Shown here: positions 53,935 through 64,000 of the stretch, in pieces
How the letters are laid out: the number at the start of each line of letters is the position of its first letter
How positions within the stretch are numbered: the first letter of the stretch is position 1
Notes under the pieces: model-generated
What the model saw: the letters and a program-made list of their open reading frames with translations, nothing else
What the model was told of the DNA's origin: nothing
Database searches by the model: none
Source of the DNA: Candidatus Bathyarchaeota archaeon
Lineage (GTDB): Archaea; Thermoproteota; Bathyarchaeia; Bathyarchaeales; Bathycorpusculaceae
Direction: 5' to 3'
Assembly: GCA_963720565.1 (NCBI GenBank)
Contig: CAVRFW010000009.1
Location: 288,001 to 352,000, forward strand
Length of the DNA: 64,000 bases
Position numbers and translations under genes: made by a program

Positions 53935-54284
53935 GATACTGACCTCGAAACTAATATTATGTCCAATTTATATTTAAAATTTGCTAAAGCCTAAGCTTCG
54001 TGACGCCTCACAACAGAGTCTTTCGAAAACGGTTGTTAATAACGAAACAAGCTTTTTTTGCCCTAATTGAGCAAAAAAGACGCGAAATCAGCCTTTTGAA
54101 TATCTGTGATGACTCAATCGAGCGAAGGATGTTTCCTTTGAATTACTTGCTCTTCATCTTCAATCTTGCATCATTTCCGGCGCAAATCTTTTATATCTAA
54201 TGTAAAAATCTACATAGCAGTGAAAAAAAGTTCCAATGGTGACTCAGAACGAGCAGGTTATCAAACTTTAGCATAAGAACAAAA

Positions 54285-55019
54285 ATGATTGCTACGATAG
54301 CTGTGTTTTCAGCTCTCTATTCAGTTCTCAGGATACTACCGACAGTGCCTATGATAGGGGCTGCTGGAGCAAGCTTTTCATTATCAGATGTTCTCGCCCC
54401 ACTCTATGGAATTCTGTTGGGTCCATACGTTGGAGGCGCGGCCGTAATAATAGGTACCTTTTTGGGAATGCTCATGGGAAAGCCAGTAGTTTTCTTGGGT
54501 TTGGATTTTCTACCTGCATTCATAAACGTAGTCGCACTGGGGTTCCTCATCAAACGCAAATGGTTGCCAGTAATCATACTTAACGTAGCTTTGCTTTTAG
54601 TATTCTCCTTGTACCCTCTTACAAGTCTGCTAATCAATGTTGGTGGCGTCTCAGTTCCCTTCGTTTGGCTGCATATTACAGCTTTCATAGTGCTTCTTTC
54701 ACCTTTAGGTCGAAGAGCGGGTCAATGGGTAGAATCTTTGCAACCGACTAGGCTAGCTGCTGGAATAGCAATACTATCATTCATCGGAACCATGATGCAG
54801 CATCTCATGGGAAACATACTTTTCGAGACCATACTCGCACAGCCCATTGGCTATATCCAAACAACCGCGTACCCTGCAATTTGGAGTGCAATTTTCTTCC
54901 TCTACCCCTTAGAGCGCCTTGCTCTAGTTATACTTGCAACAATAGTTGGGACGCCATTGGTGCGGGTGCTCAAGAAATCACTCCTAAAGGACTCAAAACC
55001 TTCAAATCCGACTCTTTGA
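54285..55019 (+). CDS. ECF transporter S-component-like membrane protein
   Basis: IAVFSALY...LAPLYGILLGPYVGG motif; ~7 TMs; start may be 54236. Confidence 0.65.
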   Translation: MIATIAVFSALYSVLRILPTVPMIGAAGASFSLSDVLAPLYGILLGPYVGGAAVIIGTFLGMLMGKPVVFLGLDFLPAFINVVALGFLIKRKWLPVIILNVALLLVFSLYPLTSLLINVGGVSVPFVWLHITAFIVLLSPLGRRAGQWVESLQPTRLAAGIAILSFIGTMMQHLMGNILFETILAQPIGYIQTTAYPAIWSAIFFLYPLERLALVILATIVGTPLVRVLKKSLLKDSKPSNPTL

Positions 55020-55066
55020 GCCAAGACTTAGTTTTGTTACACTGAACTAGGTCGAGGAGAATTATT

Positions 55067-56644
55067 TCAGAACATTGTTTTATCCTGAATGTATTCCTTG
55101 CCTGTTTTCAATGCAATCTCGGCTTTTTCTAGCTCGCTTCCCAGGTAAGCTGCATGGTCAACTCTTGAAACCAGAGCCAGTTCCGCGATTTTCGCATAAA
55201 TGTTTTCAGCAGTTTTTCCCTTAATTACGATGGTTGGTTTGTCCCTGTCTGGCGAAGCATAATGCATAGCCACAATATTTCCTTCAATTCTGTCCAAGGT
55301 GATTCTGAATGAACCCTTGGAATCCAGCGTAGGTTGCCCGTTCTCATCGAACGCGGGAATGACCTGTGCAGTTTTTTCCAGTTCCTTGCTGTATGGTTCT
55401 TCTCGGTTTCGCTTATCTTTCAAGACAAGTACATCTATTCCAAGATCCTTCGGAACTGAATCTCTCTTCTTAGCCAGAAACATCATCTTCGCCGCGATAA
55501 CTTGCTCGCGAACAGTGCCTTTTGCTTTGTCACTTTTCTCCGTAGCTAACAAAATGCTCGCACCCAATTCGGAGGAAATTCGTGCAAGCAAGGCATTGAC
55601 TCCAACAGAGTCTGCGTCTATAAGTTCAGTAACATTGGAAACACCAACGAAAAGAGGTACGTCCGGATTTCTGCGCGCGAAGTCGTGGAAGGCTATGAGG
55701 GAATCTAGAACGTTGGCTGGTTCCAGAATTAAGTCTCCGATTACCTTGGAGATTCCCAGTTGTTTTGCTTTGGCAATGAGCTCTTCAAGGAAATGCACAC
55801 GTTTCGCAACAGTATTTGGCAGGTAACCTGTGCTCTGATTCGTCGGAATAATCACAACTGCAACATTCTTAACGAAAGGGGCGATTTCTTCAAGGTTCCC
55901 AGCATCGCCACTCAGGACTAGGTCTGCTCCGGCTGCGACTGCTTCACGAATTTCGTCGGGATTAAGTGTGTCAATGCTTACGGGAACATTGACTGCTTGC
56001 TTGACTGCTTCAACAAGGTTTTTCGCCTCTTCTGGTCTGATTTCACCCGCAACCATACCCACGTCAATAATGTCCGCCCCTAATTTTGCGTATTCTTTGG
56101 CTAATCGCTGGATTTCTTTCTTCTGCATCAGAGGCGCATCAACAATCTCTGCCATAATTCGCATGGGGAAATCTCTGCCCACTGCTAGGTCCTTTATCAA
56201 AATGTTGCCGGGTTTTTTCAAGAAGCTATCTCGGTTGCTTTCGGCATTCTCCAGCTCGAATAGGGCTTTTCGCCGAAGCTTCTCTTTGAGCAAATCGCAC
56301 GCTGGCACGGTCGATGAGAGTTCAACTTCGCCAATCGAGTCTAAAACTATTGGTAGGTCTGCAGCATACCTTGGACCCTTGAAAGCGGGAACGCCAACGG
56401 CGTTCGAAATAGCCTTTGTGTCGCCTCGAATCAGTCCTGGCACTAAAATCACGTCAATGTTCTCGAGCTTAGCGCTTCGGAGGGTTGAGGCGATGCCTTC
56501 GGGAGTCAAAAACGCAGCAACGGGAACATTTAGTGCACGTACTTCACATTTGACGCTGCTTTCTTGAACGTAGTGTTTTACAGTTTCTTCTGCGAGAATT
56601 CCTGTTATGACTAGAGCTTTCAAGCCTAATCCCTTTACTGTCAA
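55067..56644 (-). CDS. Dihydropteroate synthase-like protein (methanopterin pathway)
   Basis: IMAEIVDAP, GADIIDVG, PVSIDT, GVSNVTELIDADSVGVN, C-terminal HAAYLGSELEKA. Confidence 0.85.
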   Translation of the reverse strand: MTVKGLGLKALVITGILAEETVKHYVQESSVKCEVRALNVPVAAFLTPEGIASTLRSAKLENIDVILVPGLIRGDTKAISNAVGVPAFKGPRYAADLPIVLDSIGEVELSSTVPACDLLKEKLRRKALFELENAESNRDSFLKKPGNILIKDLAVGRDFPMRIMAEIVDAPLMQKKEIQRLAKEYAKLGADIIDVGMVAGEIRPEEAKNLVEAVKQAVNVPVSIDTLNPDEIREAVAAGADLVLSGDAGNLEEIAPFVKNVAVVIIPTNQSTGYLPNTVAKRVHFLEELIAKAKQLGISKVIGDLILEPANVLDSLIAFHDFARRNPDVPLFVGVSNVTELIDADSVGVNALLARISSELGASILLATEKSDKAKGTVREQVIAAKMMFLAKKRDSVPKDLGIDVLVLKDKRNREEPYSKELEKTAQVIPAFDENGQPTLDSKGSFRITLDRIEGNIVAMHYASPDRDKPTIVIKGKTAENIYAKIAELALVSRVDHAAYLGSELEKAEIALKTGKEYIQDKTMF

Positions 56645-57601
56645 GTGAGCTTAATGTAGGCTCCTTTGTTGTTTGCATATGCAGTGAAAGCCTGTCCCCC
56701 AGAGCTTTCTCTTAGGAAAGATTGTACCTTGTCTCTGGCTCCTTTGGCGTCTGCTTCTTTAAACAGTCCGTAGCATGTTGGTCCCCATGAACTCTGTCCG
56801 ACTCCAAATGCGCCGATTTGTTGCATATACATTATGCAGTTGGCAACAGCAGAACTGGAGTATCTTCCTCCTTGAACCTTAGCGAAATAATCGCCTATGA
56901 TGACCTGGATGCTGGTTAGGGCTTCTCCGAAGTTTTCTATATCTTGCTCCATCAAAGATGGAAGAAGCTTCATCATTGTTAGGCGGCATACTTTTCCGAC
57001 GTCTTCAACCGGCATCGGCGGTAACTGCTTGAACGCTGCTTTCTCAGAATCACTATATAGTCCCTTGTCACCGTTTGGAATAGCAATTATGAAACACCAA
57101 TTTTCAGGAAGCGATTTGTGAAAGATTAGTGGAGGAAAAATAGATATTGCTGCTTTGTTCTTCAGCATTTTTCCTCCGTCAAGCACGAATCCACCCTTGT
57201 CAAAAATTGTTGTGCCCACGCTGGTTCTTTGTCCCCTTCCCATTACGTGGCAAGTTCTTGTGTCGTTGCTTTCACATTAAACAGTCTTGCAAGAGCCACG
57301 GCTACAGCCAAGGCTAACTGTGTCCCAGAGCCCAACCCAACGTGTTCTGGAATGGTTTGATAAACTTGCAGACTCACGTTCGTATTGGACATGGTAGGTT
57401 TCGAGAAATTGTTTGGCTAATGCTTTTACAAGGTCAGGTTTTTCGCCTATCACTGATAATTCCTTTGATTGTGTTGCCTCAAGGATAACGTTTGGGTGAT
57501 CTATCGCCTACTCCTAAGCCTCCGAACATTCGACCGAGGTCTCCGTTTAAGTCGATTAGTCCCATCTGAAGTCTTGCAGGGGTCTTAATGTAGACTTTCA
57601 C
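56641..57601 (-). CDS. mptG: Beta-RFA-P synthase (GHMP kinase fold); frameshifts in the 5' third
   Basis: MKVYIKTPARLQMGLIDLNGDLGRMFGGLG, PEHVGLGSGTQL, GGFVLDGG, GQSSWGPT. Confidence 0.85.
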
Positions 57602-58250
57602 TTTCAACCCTCCATGCTGTAATCCTTTTTGCTAAATCTGACATTATTTCGGCGTACCTAGAGTTTGGTGCTACACGGTTTACTGTTTCTCTGCAATACG
57701 CAATATTCTCCATTAACATCGAAACTTGTTCTCTTTGTCGCTTATTACCCGACAAAAAAACCTTGATACGGGTTGCGTGAATTATTGCTTCAATTGTAGC
57801 GAATAATGCTCGGCAGTAGACTTTGGGTAATGCTTTTGTTGCCTTAACGAGTTTGACGTCGCACACTGCTTCAGTTTTTTCGGCGTTAATCGACGTTATT
57901 TTCGCAATTGATATCTCGACGGTTGCATCTGCCATGTGCAGTTTCGGCGCATCAAGAATCTCCGCTTTTTCGAACCACTCACGCGGGATTCTTGCGTTAG
58001 GGTTAGCTTCCTTGAAAGCTGACAGAAAAAACAATTCGGGGTCAGAAGTTATGTTTATGACGCCGCATCTTCTTGACAGGAGGTTTTGATAAGTTGATGA
58101 TGATTTGTACAGCTTGATTGTTACGCATTGCTCATTCTTCATGAGTATGCCCATGGGTGCTGCATTTGGCTGGCCGTCTGGGTTGTAGGTTGAAAGAATG
58201 GTCTCAACAACTATGTCCTTTGAGAAGCCCAAATCAGTCAATTTCGTCAT
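57585..58250 (-). CDS. DUF447 family protein
   Basis: ETILSTYN...PNAAPMG, IEAIIHATR; usual neighbour of methanopterin genes. Confidence 0.85.
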   Translation of the reverse strand: MTKLTDLGFSKDIVVETILSTYNPDGQPNAAPMGILMKNEQCVTIKLYKSSSTYQNLLSRRCGVINITSDPELFFLSAFKEANPNARIPREWFEKAEILDAPKLHMADATVEISIAKITSINAEKTEAVCDVKLVKATKALPKVYCRALFATIEAIIHATRIKVFLSGNKRQREQVSMLMENIAYCRETVNRVAPNSRYAEIMSDLAKRITAWRVESESLH

Positions 58251-58500
58251 CTGACTCGCCTAAGCCTAAGGTTAAAAGACCGTGAGGCATCTTTTTGTTT
58301 CAACCGGATGTAAATTTTCACAGTCGAATAATAAAGTTTTGCCTTTCGCAAACACTTTGCTCCCACATGTTTGGCAGTCTGTTTTGTGCTGAAATAGGAG
58401 TTAGAAATTGCGGAACAGTGTTTTTGGTTTTCGGCTAACAACTCTTAAATATGCCACGCGTCATATTTTATGTGTTGTTCATAGAGAGTGGACATTATAC

Positions 58501-59325
58501 ATGAAAAACACCCGCCAATTTTTATCGGTCTTAACGATAACCATAATATTAGCTGGAGCCAGTTTTGTTTCGTTTCGAAAGCCAATTGTTCAAGCAGACC
58601 TTACAAGAGAAAATTGGCGATTAACTGTTTCAGGCTTGACAAGTCATCCATTGAATCTTTCCTTGACGGACATACAAGCTCTCCCCAAAACATCTGTAAG
58701 CGCAGCAATCTATTGCGTTGATAGACCAGGCTATTTGGTGCAACAAGGCAACTGGACCGGAGTCAGCCTCTCCATCTTGCTGGACCAGGCAGGAGTCTCT
58801 CCAGAAGCCATTAAAATCGCTTTCTATGCAGAAGATGGCTACTCAACTGACCTAGACATTGAAACAGCAAAGCGTGCAGATATAATACTGGCTTACGAGA
58901 AGGACGGTTTGCCACTCTCCGAAGTGTTACGTCTAGTTGTACCTTACAAGTGGGGTTACAAATGGCTAGGTTTACTTTCGGACATTGTGCTTGTTGATTT
59001 CGACTTCAAGGGTAAATGGGAAAGCCAAGGATATTCAGACGTAGCAAACATGACTACCTTAGCTGTGCCTCGTCCTTTTCCTCCGATTCCAAACGTAGTT
59101 GCACCATCCATACCCAGCCCCTCCGTTCCAAATTCGCCTTTTCCATCGAGTCCTCCGCCTTCACCGACTCCAAGCCCAGGCAACTTTCCCGAATCACCGT
59201 TACCAGCATCGCCATCACCGATTACAGAAGAAAAACCAATCGGGGTTCCCTCATCTATCTTTGTTGTGGTGCCGGTAGTAGGAGTTGCGGTCGCTGCATT
59301 AGCCCTCAGAAAGAAAAAACGTTAA
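58501..59325 (+). CDS. Molybdopterin-dependent oxidoreductase (sulfite oxidase/YuiH-like) with Pro-rich linker and C-terminal TM anchor
   Basis: WRLTVSG, IYCVD, WTGV, DGYST, LRLVVPYKWGYKW, GKWESQGY. Confidence 0.85.
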   Translation: MKNTRQFLSVLTITIILAGASFVSFRKPIVQADLTRENWRLTVSGLTSHPLNLSLTDIQALPKTSVSAAIYCVDRPGYLVQQGNWTGVSLSILLDQAGVSPEAIKIAFYAEDGYSTDLDIETAKRADIILAYEKDGLPLSEVLRLVVPYKWGYKWLGLLSDIVLVDFDFKGKWESQGYSDVANMTTLAVPRPFPPIPNVVAPSIPSPSVPNSPFPSSPPPSPTPSPGNFPESPLPASPSPITEEKPIGVPSSIFVVVPVVGVAVAALALRKKKR

Positions 59326-59565
59326 ACAATCACCCAAAAGGCTGAGAATCCCGCTGAAACGTTTTCTTTAAAAAACTCAGTCTTATTCAGACACAGTTCT
59401 CTTGGAGCACCATCTTTGCCTTCTTTGTCGAACAGTAAGGCTAATACTGCTAGTGCTTCTGAAAAACACCTCAGCAGGCAGAGTCTCCTCGCTCAATTGC
59501 ATATCAGCTTCGTGAGGCAAATGGTCTAAGCAAGACTTTTAAGTCCTTGAATTTCTTGTGAATTC

Positions 59566-60093
59566 ATGAAATTGCCCGCTGCGATTGCGAGTACGCTCAA
59601 AAACAAGAGGTTCTGGATATGGCAAATAGTAGGTTTGATAATCTATGGCATACCTGCTGCAATTCGTTTTGCAACTGGTAATGTCTTACTCCCCATTTTG
59701 AGTCTCTTGGCGACTCCTTGGATTGACCATTACGTTCCTGCCAACTTGGTAGAAAAAATCTTGGTTAATGCCTTTTTTCCGGGAGGAGCTGGAGGAATCG
59801 CTGGAGAAATCCTTTTTTCAAACCTTGACGACCATGCACTCAGGGGAAAACGGAAATACTTTGCCCGTCTTGCGGGGGCATTAGCACAGACAGCTGTTTG
59901 GTCGGCATTTCAGTTTTGGGGAAATCTGCAAAACATCATAGGTCCGTATGGGAGTAACATATTCGAGTATCCCATGGTCTACCCTCTTAATTTCCTTCTG
60001 GCTTCATTGTCGATCTTTACTCCTGATATTGTGAATTATGTTAAAATGGGATTTTTGCAGGTTTGTCGACGGTTATCTGGAAGCGACAGTTGA
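59566..60093 (+). CDS. Hypothetical membrane protein
   Basis: Several hydrophobic segments; TATA-like element ~27 nt upstream. Confidence 0.65.
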   Translation: MKLPAAIASTLKNKRFWIWQIVGLIIYGIPAAIRFATGNVLLPILSLLATPWIDHYVPANLVEKILVNAFFPGGAGGIAGEILFSNLDDHALRGKRKYFARLAGALAQTAVWSAFQFWGNLQNIIGPYGSNIFEYPMVYPLNFLLASLSIFTPDIVNYVKMGFLQVCRRLSGSDS

Positions 60094-60174
60094 GGATTAG
60101 GTTCATTTGTCCCTAAAATGTAGATACTATGGTACTCCAAAAGTTAATATCGCACCTTGGCTTCGGAAGTTGTT

Positions 60175-60657
60175 ATGTCGTTTCACGTTCGAAGAAAAGA
60201 CCGGGAAATAACTGACAACCAAATCTTGAGGAAAATTCTTGAAAGCACAAAATATGTGACCATTGCACTATGTATGGATATGAAGCCCTACCTGGTATCG
60301 TTAAGTCATGGCTACGACACTGCAAAAAATTGCATCTACTTTCATTGTGCCAACGAAGGCAAGAAACTCATTTACATTAGCGCAAACAACAATACGTGGG
60401 GACAAGCAGTACAAGACTACGGTGTCACCGAAGAATGCGACTATGCTTACACCAGCGTACACTTCTCCGGAAAAATATCGCTTATCGCCAGTTTAGCCGA
60501 GAAGCAGCACGCTATGGAAGTTATGGTACGGCAACTTTCCGCCAATCCCGAGGTGAAGCTTGCCAAAATAAAACCGGAGAAACTTTCAACGACCATCATG
60601 GGTAGAATAGATATTGAATACATGACTGGCAAACAGCACCAAAAACCAGCTCAATAA
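60175..60657 (+). CDS. Pyridoxamine 5'-phosphate oxidase-like (NimA-type) FMN-binding protein
   Basis: RRKDREI, PYLVSLSHGY, IYFHCANEGKK, YTSV, MTGK. Confidence 0.85.
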   Translation: MSFHVRRKDREITDNQILRKILESTKYVTIALCMDMKPYLVSLSHGYDTAKNCIYFHCANEGKKLIYISANNNTWGQAVQDYGVTEECDYAYTSVHFSGKISLIASLAEKQHAMEVMVRQLSANPEVKLAKIKPEKLSTTIMGRIDIEYMTGKQHQKPAQ

Positions 60658-60731
60658 GCGAATAGTATTCGTAGCCTTTCAAGAAAACTTAATTAGTCAA
60701 AGACGATTTTATTCACTGCGCGAAATCTTGT

Positions 60732-60809
60732 GCCCAGGTAGTATAGTCCGGTCCAGTATAAGCGGCTGTCGCCCGCTAGACCCGGGTCCGAATCCCGGCC
60801 TGGGCGCCA
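60732..60809 (+). tRNA. tRNA-Asp (GTC), CCA encoded
   Basis: Acceptor GCCCAGG/CCTGGGC, anticodon arm AGCGG-CTGTCGC-CCGCT, T arm CCGGG-TCCGAAT-CCCGG, discriminator G. Confidence 0.95.
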
Positions 60810-60942
60810 CTTCACCTAACCTAAGCTATTGTTGAAACCCGTTTTTCAGCAGTTTTTTGTTTACAACTGCTTCAGTAGTCACAAGTTCTTGCTTCTTTTT
60901 TTCAGCATTTCCGTTGCGGAAAGCATATGAAGTCTCGCAGCA

Positions 60943-62325
60943 TTGTTTGAGTTATCCATGACCCTAACGTCTAAACCTGCGCTCTCAAATTCTCAGAGCA
61001 ATTGGCTACTTGATATCCTAAAAAGCAGCAATCACTCCGCCGTCGAAGAGAACCAGATTACAGCGCGCACTTCTCGAAACAGCTTGTGCGTGATATGTAA
61101 GGGCTCACGTTTTCTCTGCGGAAAAACCCGCTGCCCAATAATGCTTAAAGTCAACTACTATCTGAAAAGCGTTCCTTTGATGTCAAGCGAAGACATAGCT
61201 GGAGTTTCACCCCCGAGCGTTTTCATCGGAAGGATCGGCTATCCTTACGTTTATGCGGGACCGCTTGTGCCGCCTGTTCATGAGGATACAACACTCTATG
61301 ATCTGCCTGAACAGTGGTTTGGAAAATCAATCGATGAAATCGTTGGCTTTCGTTCCCTCCTGATACGCGGCAAGCACCGTGTTCATGTCCATAAATTCAA
61401 GGAAGCTGGAAAAATCCTTGATCAAACCCGAGACCTAGCACTAGCAGAGACCAGCGTTGAAACAGAGCTGAACCTTGCTAAGAAACCTCGCGGCTCGATA
61501 ACGCTGGACGATGACGTGCAGCCGTTTGGTCCTTCGGCGCTGATAAGGGATTTGCATGTTGGCAATGCTCGATATGACCATAGGATAGAGAAAGCGTACT
61601 ATGATACTGACTTGTTTGCCACAGGAGCAGTTCGGGAGCTTTACTCTCGAGGCGTCGCGGTCACCAAGATTCAGAAGGCATTTAGTGTGGGCGCCTTCGG
61701 TTTAGAAAAAAATAGGCGACTTGTTCCGACACGGTGGAGCATAACGGCGGTTGACGACATAATCTCGAAGCACCTTGTTGAGTCTGTGAAGGGTTTTGCT
61801 GAAATCAACGAGTTTCGTGTTTATGAGTCAGTCTATCTGGACAATGTCTTTGAGGTTTTAATGATGCCGGCTGCATGGAGCTATGAGTCGATGGAGGCTT
61901 GGTATCCAGGCACAGTCTGGAATCCCAACGGCAGGAACACAGCAATATTTTCCGACTGGGAAGGCAATGATGGACGTACAACCTATGCGCAGATAGGAGG
62001 TTGCTACTACTCTGCCCGATTAGCTGTCTGCGAACAACTCATCAGAGAACGTCGCCAAGCTACTGTAGTTGTGTTGAGGGAAGCCCGACCTGGCTATATC
62101 ATGCCGATAGGAGTTTGGCAAGTGCGCGAAAACGTGAGGAACGCAATGCGACAGAAGCCCTTTCTATTCAAGACGCTGGCTGACTCCCTAAAACACGTTA
62201 GCGGAAGACTGGAAATTCCGCTACAGCGCTGGATTCGACAAAGCGAGCTTCTGAAACGTGCGCTTTTCCAAAAGAGAATAACGGATTTCTTCCAAACTTC
62301 GCCGCCCGTAAACGGCAAATCTTAA
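60943..62325 (+). CDS. nreA: Nre-family DNA repair protein
   Basis: CVICKG...CGKTRCP, SPPSVFIGRIGYP, LVPTRWSITAVD, GGCYY, C-terminal PIP box QKRITDFF. Confidence 0.9.
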   Translation: MFELSMTLTSKPALSNSQSNWLLDILKSSNHSAVEENQITARTSRNSLCVICKGSRFLCGKTRCPIMLKVNYYLKSVPLMSSEDIAGVSPPSVFIGRIGYPYVYAGPLVPPVHEDTTLYDLPEQWFGKSIDEIVGFRSLLIRGKHRVHVHKFKEAGKILDQTRDLALAETSVETELNLAKKPRGSITLDDDVQPFGPSALIRDLHVGNARYDHRIEKAYYDTDLFATGAVRELYSRGVAVTKIQKAFSVGAFGLEKNRRLVPTRWSITAVDDIISKHLVESVKGFAEINEFRVYESVYLDNVFEVLMMPAAWSYESMEAWYPGTVWNPNGRNTAIFSDWEGNDGRTTYAQIGGCYYSARLAVCEQLIRERRQATVVVLREARPGYIMPIGVWQVRENVRNAMRQKPFLFKTLADSLKHVSGRLEIPLQRWIRQSELLKRALFQKRITDFFQTSPPVNGKS

Positions 62326-62360
62326 AACATTACGGCTATCCCTTATACCTAGTGACTTGT

Positions 62361-64000
62361 ATGTCAAATAGTACGAGCCCAGAAACCAGGGAGTTCATTT
62401 TGCCTTTCTCGGTTCCATCGGAAAACCGGAAATCCCTCTTTACCTCCGATCTGGAGAATGCATCTATCTTTGCTCTCTCAGAGTATCGGAGGACAAAAGG
62501 TGGTGGGCGTCTTCTGAAGCAGCCTGAAGAAAAGACACTTTTCATCGTGAAAGTAGGTTACCCTATTTGGTTGTTTCCAAGCGGTGAAAGAGCTCTGGTC
62601 TTTGACGGGTTGAACAGAGCTAGTTATACAATGCAGTATTCAGCCCTTCCAGACGTGAAGAGTTTTCTTGAGGAGCTGAGAAGGAGTTCTAAAACCCTCG
62701 AAACTTACGAAGCTTTTCTCTCAGATTATGTCAACTACTTTCAAGCATCCATGACTGAGAAGAGTTCGATAGTGAAAGGATTGATAGGGACTCCGGACTT
62801 CCTGAAGGTGTTCAGGTCGTTCAGAGGCGAAGCATTAGAATTGGCAGAACAACCTGCGAACATGGCACTGCTTAGTTCAGTCTTAGATGAGTCAGCAATT
62901 TCGTCTGCCGTGCTTGACATTGAAAAACTGCAATTGTCTCTTAGGGAGGAAGCTGCAGGACTCAAGAGGGGTATGCGTCTCACAAACAAGATTACTCGTC
63001 ACTACATTAGGGAGGTGCGCGTGAATGCTCTCGCTGGCAGAGAGGAATTTGAAGCCAGAATCAAGGAGCAAGAGGAGATTGTCGCCCCGCAGGTAGCAAA
63101 AATTAGAGAAGACTATGATAGTCAAATTATCAGTTCGACGAAGAACTATGAGCAGCAGATTCTTCCCGTGCAAAGAGATATCATAAAACTCGAAAAATCT
63201 AAACAACAAGCGTTGTCTACAATCGAAAAAACCAAGGGTGAGGCAAAGTCACGCGCAGAAGTGGACGACTCGATTGGAGAGAGGCAATGGAAAGAAAAAT
63301 GTAGTGATGCTAGAAAGGAACTTTCCACTATTGAAGATCAATTGAAAAGAATTGGAAAAGCTCTTAGTGGTTTGGAAGAACAGAAAGCCCTCGTGCTCAA
63401 AAAGCTGCATTCAGACCTAGAAGCCAGCGTCAAAGAAGCCAGGCAGCCTCTGCTGGAACTTGAAGCTTCACGCGACGCGCAAACCCTGATTCACAAACAG
63501 AGAATCGAGAAACTTGAAAGCCAAACCAAGCTGATAAGCGACCTTTTGGGTGGAATTGGCAAACAGAGAGCAGCAACCGTTGCGAAATACAAGCAACTCA
63601 GCCTCAAAAGAGAGCTCAGTTCAGGAGAAATCGGTCTTTACTACGTACCCTTGTATATCACCTGTTACCATGTCGAACTGAAAAAGCGATACTTGATTCT
63701 CCCTCCCTCTTTGGCCAATTCGGTCAGGTTTTCCACAAAACTCAAGGGAGCACTGGGAGGGACAAGAATCAAAGGTCTACTTGTTCCGCGCTTCAAAACA
63801 CTCGATTCTCTGATGGACAATATCCAGGTGTTGATTCAACAGAACCCGCCCTTTGAGGCAGAGATAGGTGATAAAGGTCAGAAGTTTAATCTGTTACGCG
63901 CAAGTTCGGTACGGGAGGAAATCCGGAAGGGTTTGGTCTCTCTTCGGAATGAAGGATGGTTGACAGAGAAAGAATTTGAAGACTTGAACCAGAAAATCGT
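62361..64000 (+). CDS. Large coiled-coil hypothetical protein (runs off window end)
   Basis: Frame from MSNSTSPETREFILPF is in phase with GWLTEKEFEDLNQKI at the window end; long heptad-rich centre. Confidence 0.75.
   Translation, partial: MSNSTSPETREFILPFSVPSENRKSLFTSDLENASIFALSEYRRTKGGGRLLKQPEEKTLFIVKVGYPIWLFPSGERALVFDGLNRASYTMQYSALPDVKSFLEELRRSSKTLETYEAFLSDYVNYFQASMTEKSSIVKGLIGTPDFLKVFRSFRGEALELAEQPANMALLSSVLDESAISSAVLDIEKLQLSLREEAAGLKRGMRLTNKITRHYIREVRVNALAGREEFEARIKEQEEIVAPQVAKIREDYDSQIISSTKNYEQQILPVQRDIIKLEKSKQQALSTIEKTKGEAKSRAEVDDSIGERQWKEKCSDARKELSTIEDQLKRIGKALSGLEEQKALVLKKLHSDLEASVKEARQPLLELEASRDAQTLIHKQRIEKLESQTKLISDLLGGIGKQRAATVAKYKQLSLKRELSSGEIGLYYVPLYITCYHVELKKRYLILPPSLANSVRFSTKLKGALGGTRIKGLLVPRFKTLDSLMDNIQVLIQQNPPFEAEIGDKGQKFNLLRASSVREEIRKGLVSLRNEGWLTEKEFEDLNQKI

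Overview
This is archaeal chromosomal DNA, most consistent with a Bathyarchaeia-like TACK archaeon (inferred from TFB, the aIF6-rpl18a-prefoldin-ftsY operon, archaeal SRP RNA, single-OB SSBs, NreA and methanopterin genes). Two housekeeping blocks (1-35 kb and 50-64 kb) flank a ~15 kb accessory island (35.1-50 kb). The housekeeping blocks carry a peptide ABC transporter, nrdR-nrdD-nrdG, malic enzyme, pncB, thiolase plus a DUF35-HMG-CoA synthase fusion, 2-oxoacid:ferredoxin oxidoreductase, methanopterin genes and tRNA-Asp. The island starts with a tyrosine recombinase and holds stress/dormancy-type genes and two IS elements. Main results: (1) an IS110/IS1111-type element whose downstream non-coding region folds into a candidate bridge/seek RNA with segments matching both the reconstructed target (palindrome TTAGCGCGCTAA) and the donor junction; (2) short (CG)n palindromes that bracket nearly every gene from 42 to 50 kb, like a cassette array, and into which both unrelated IS elements inserted. 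Also found: a circularly permuted family-5 solute-binding protein, a thiolase lacking both catalytic cysteines, and several unannotated micro-proteins. Indels are frequent, especially at 35.5-47 kb, and look like long-read errors, so frameshifts are not taken as proof of pseudogenisation.
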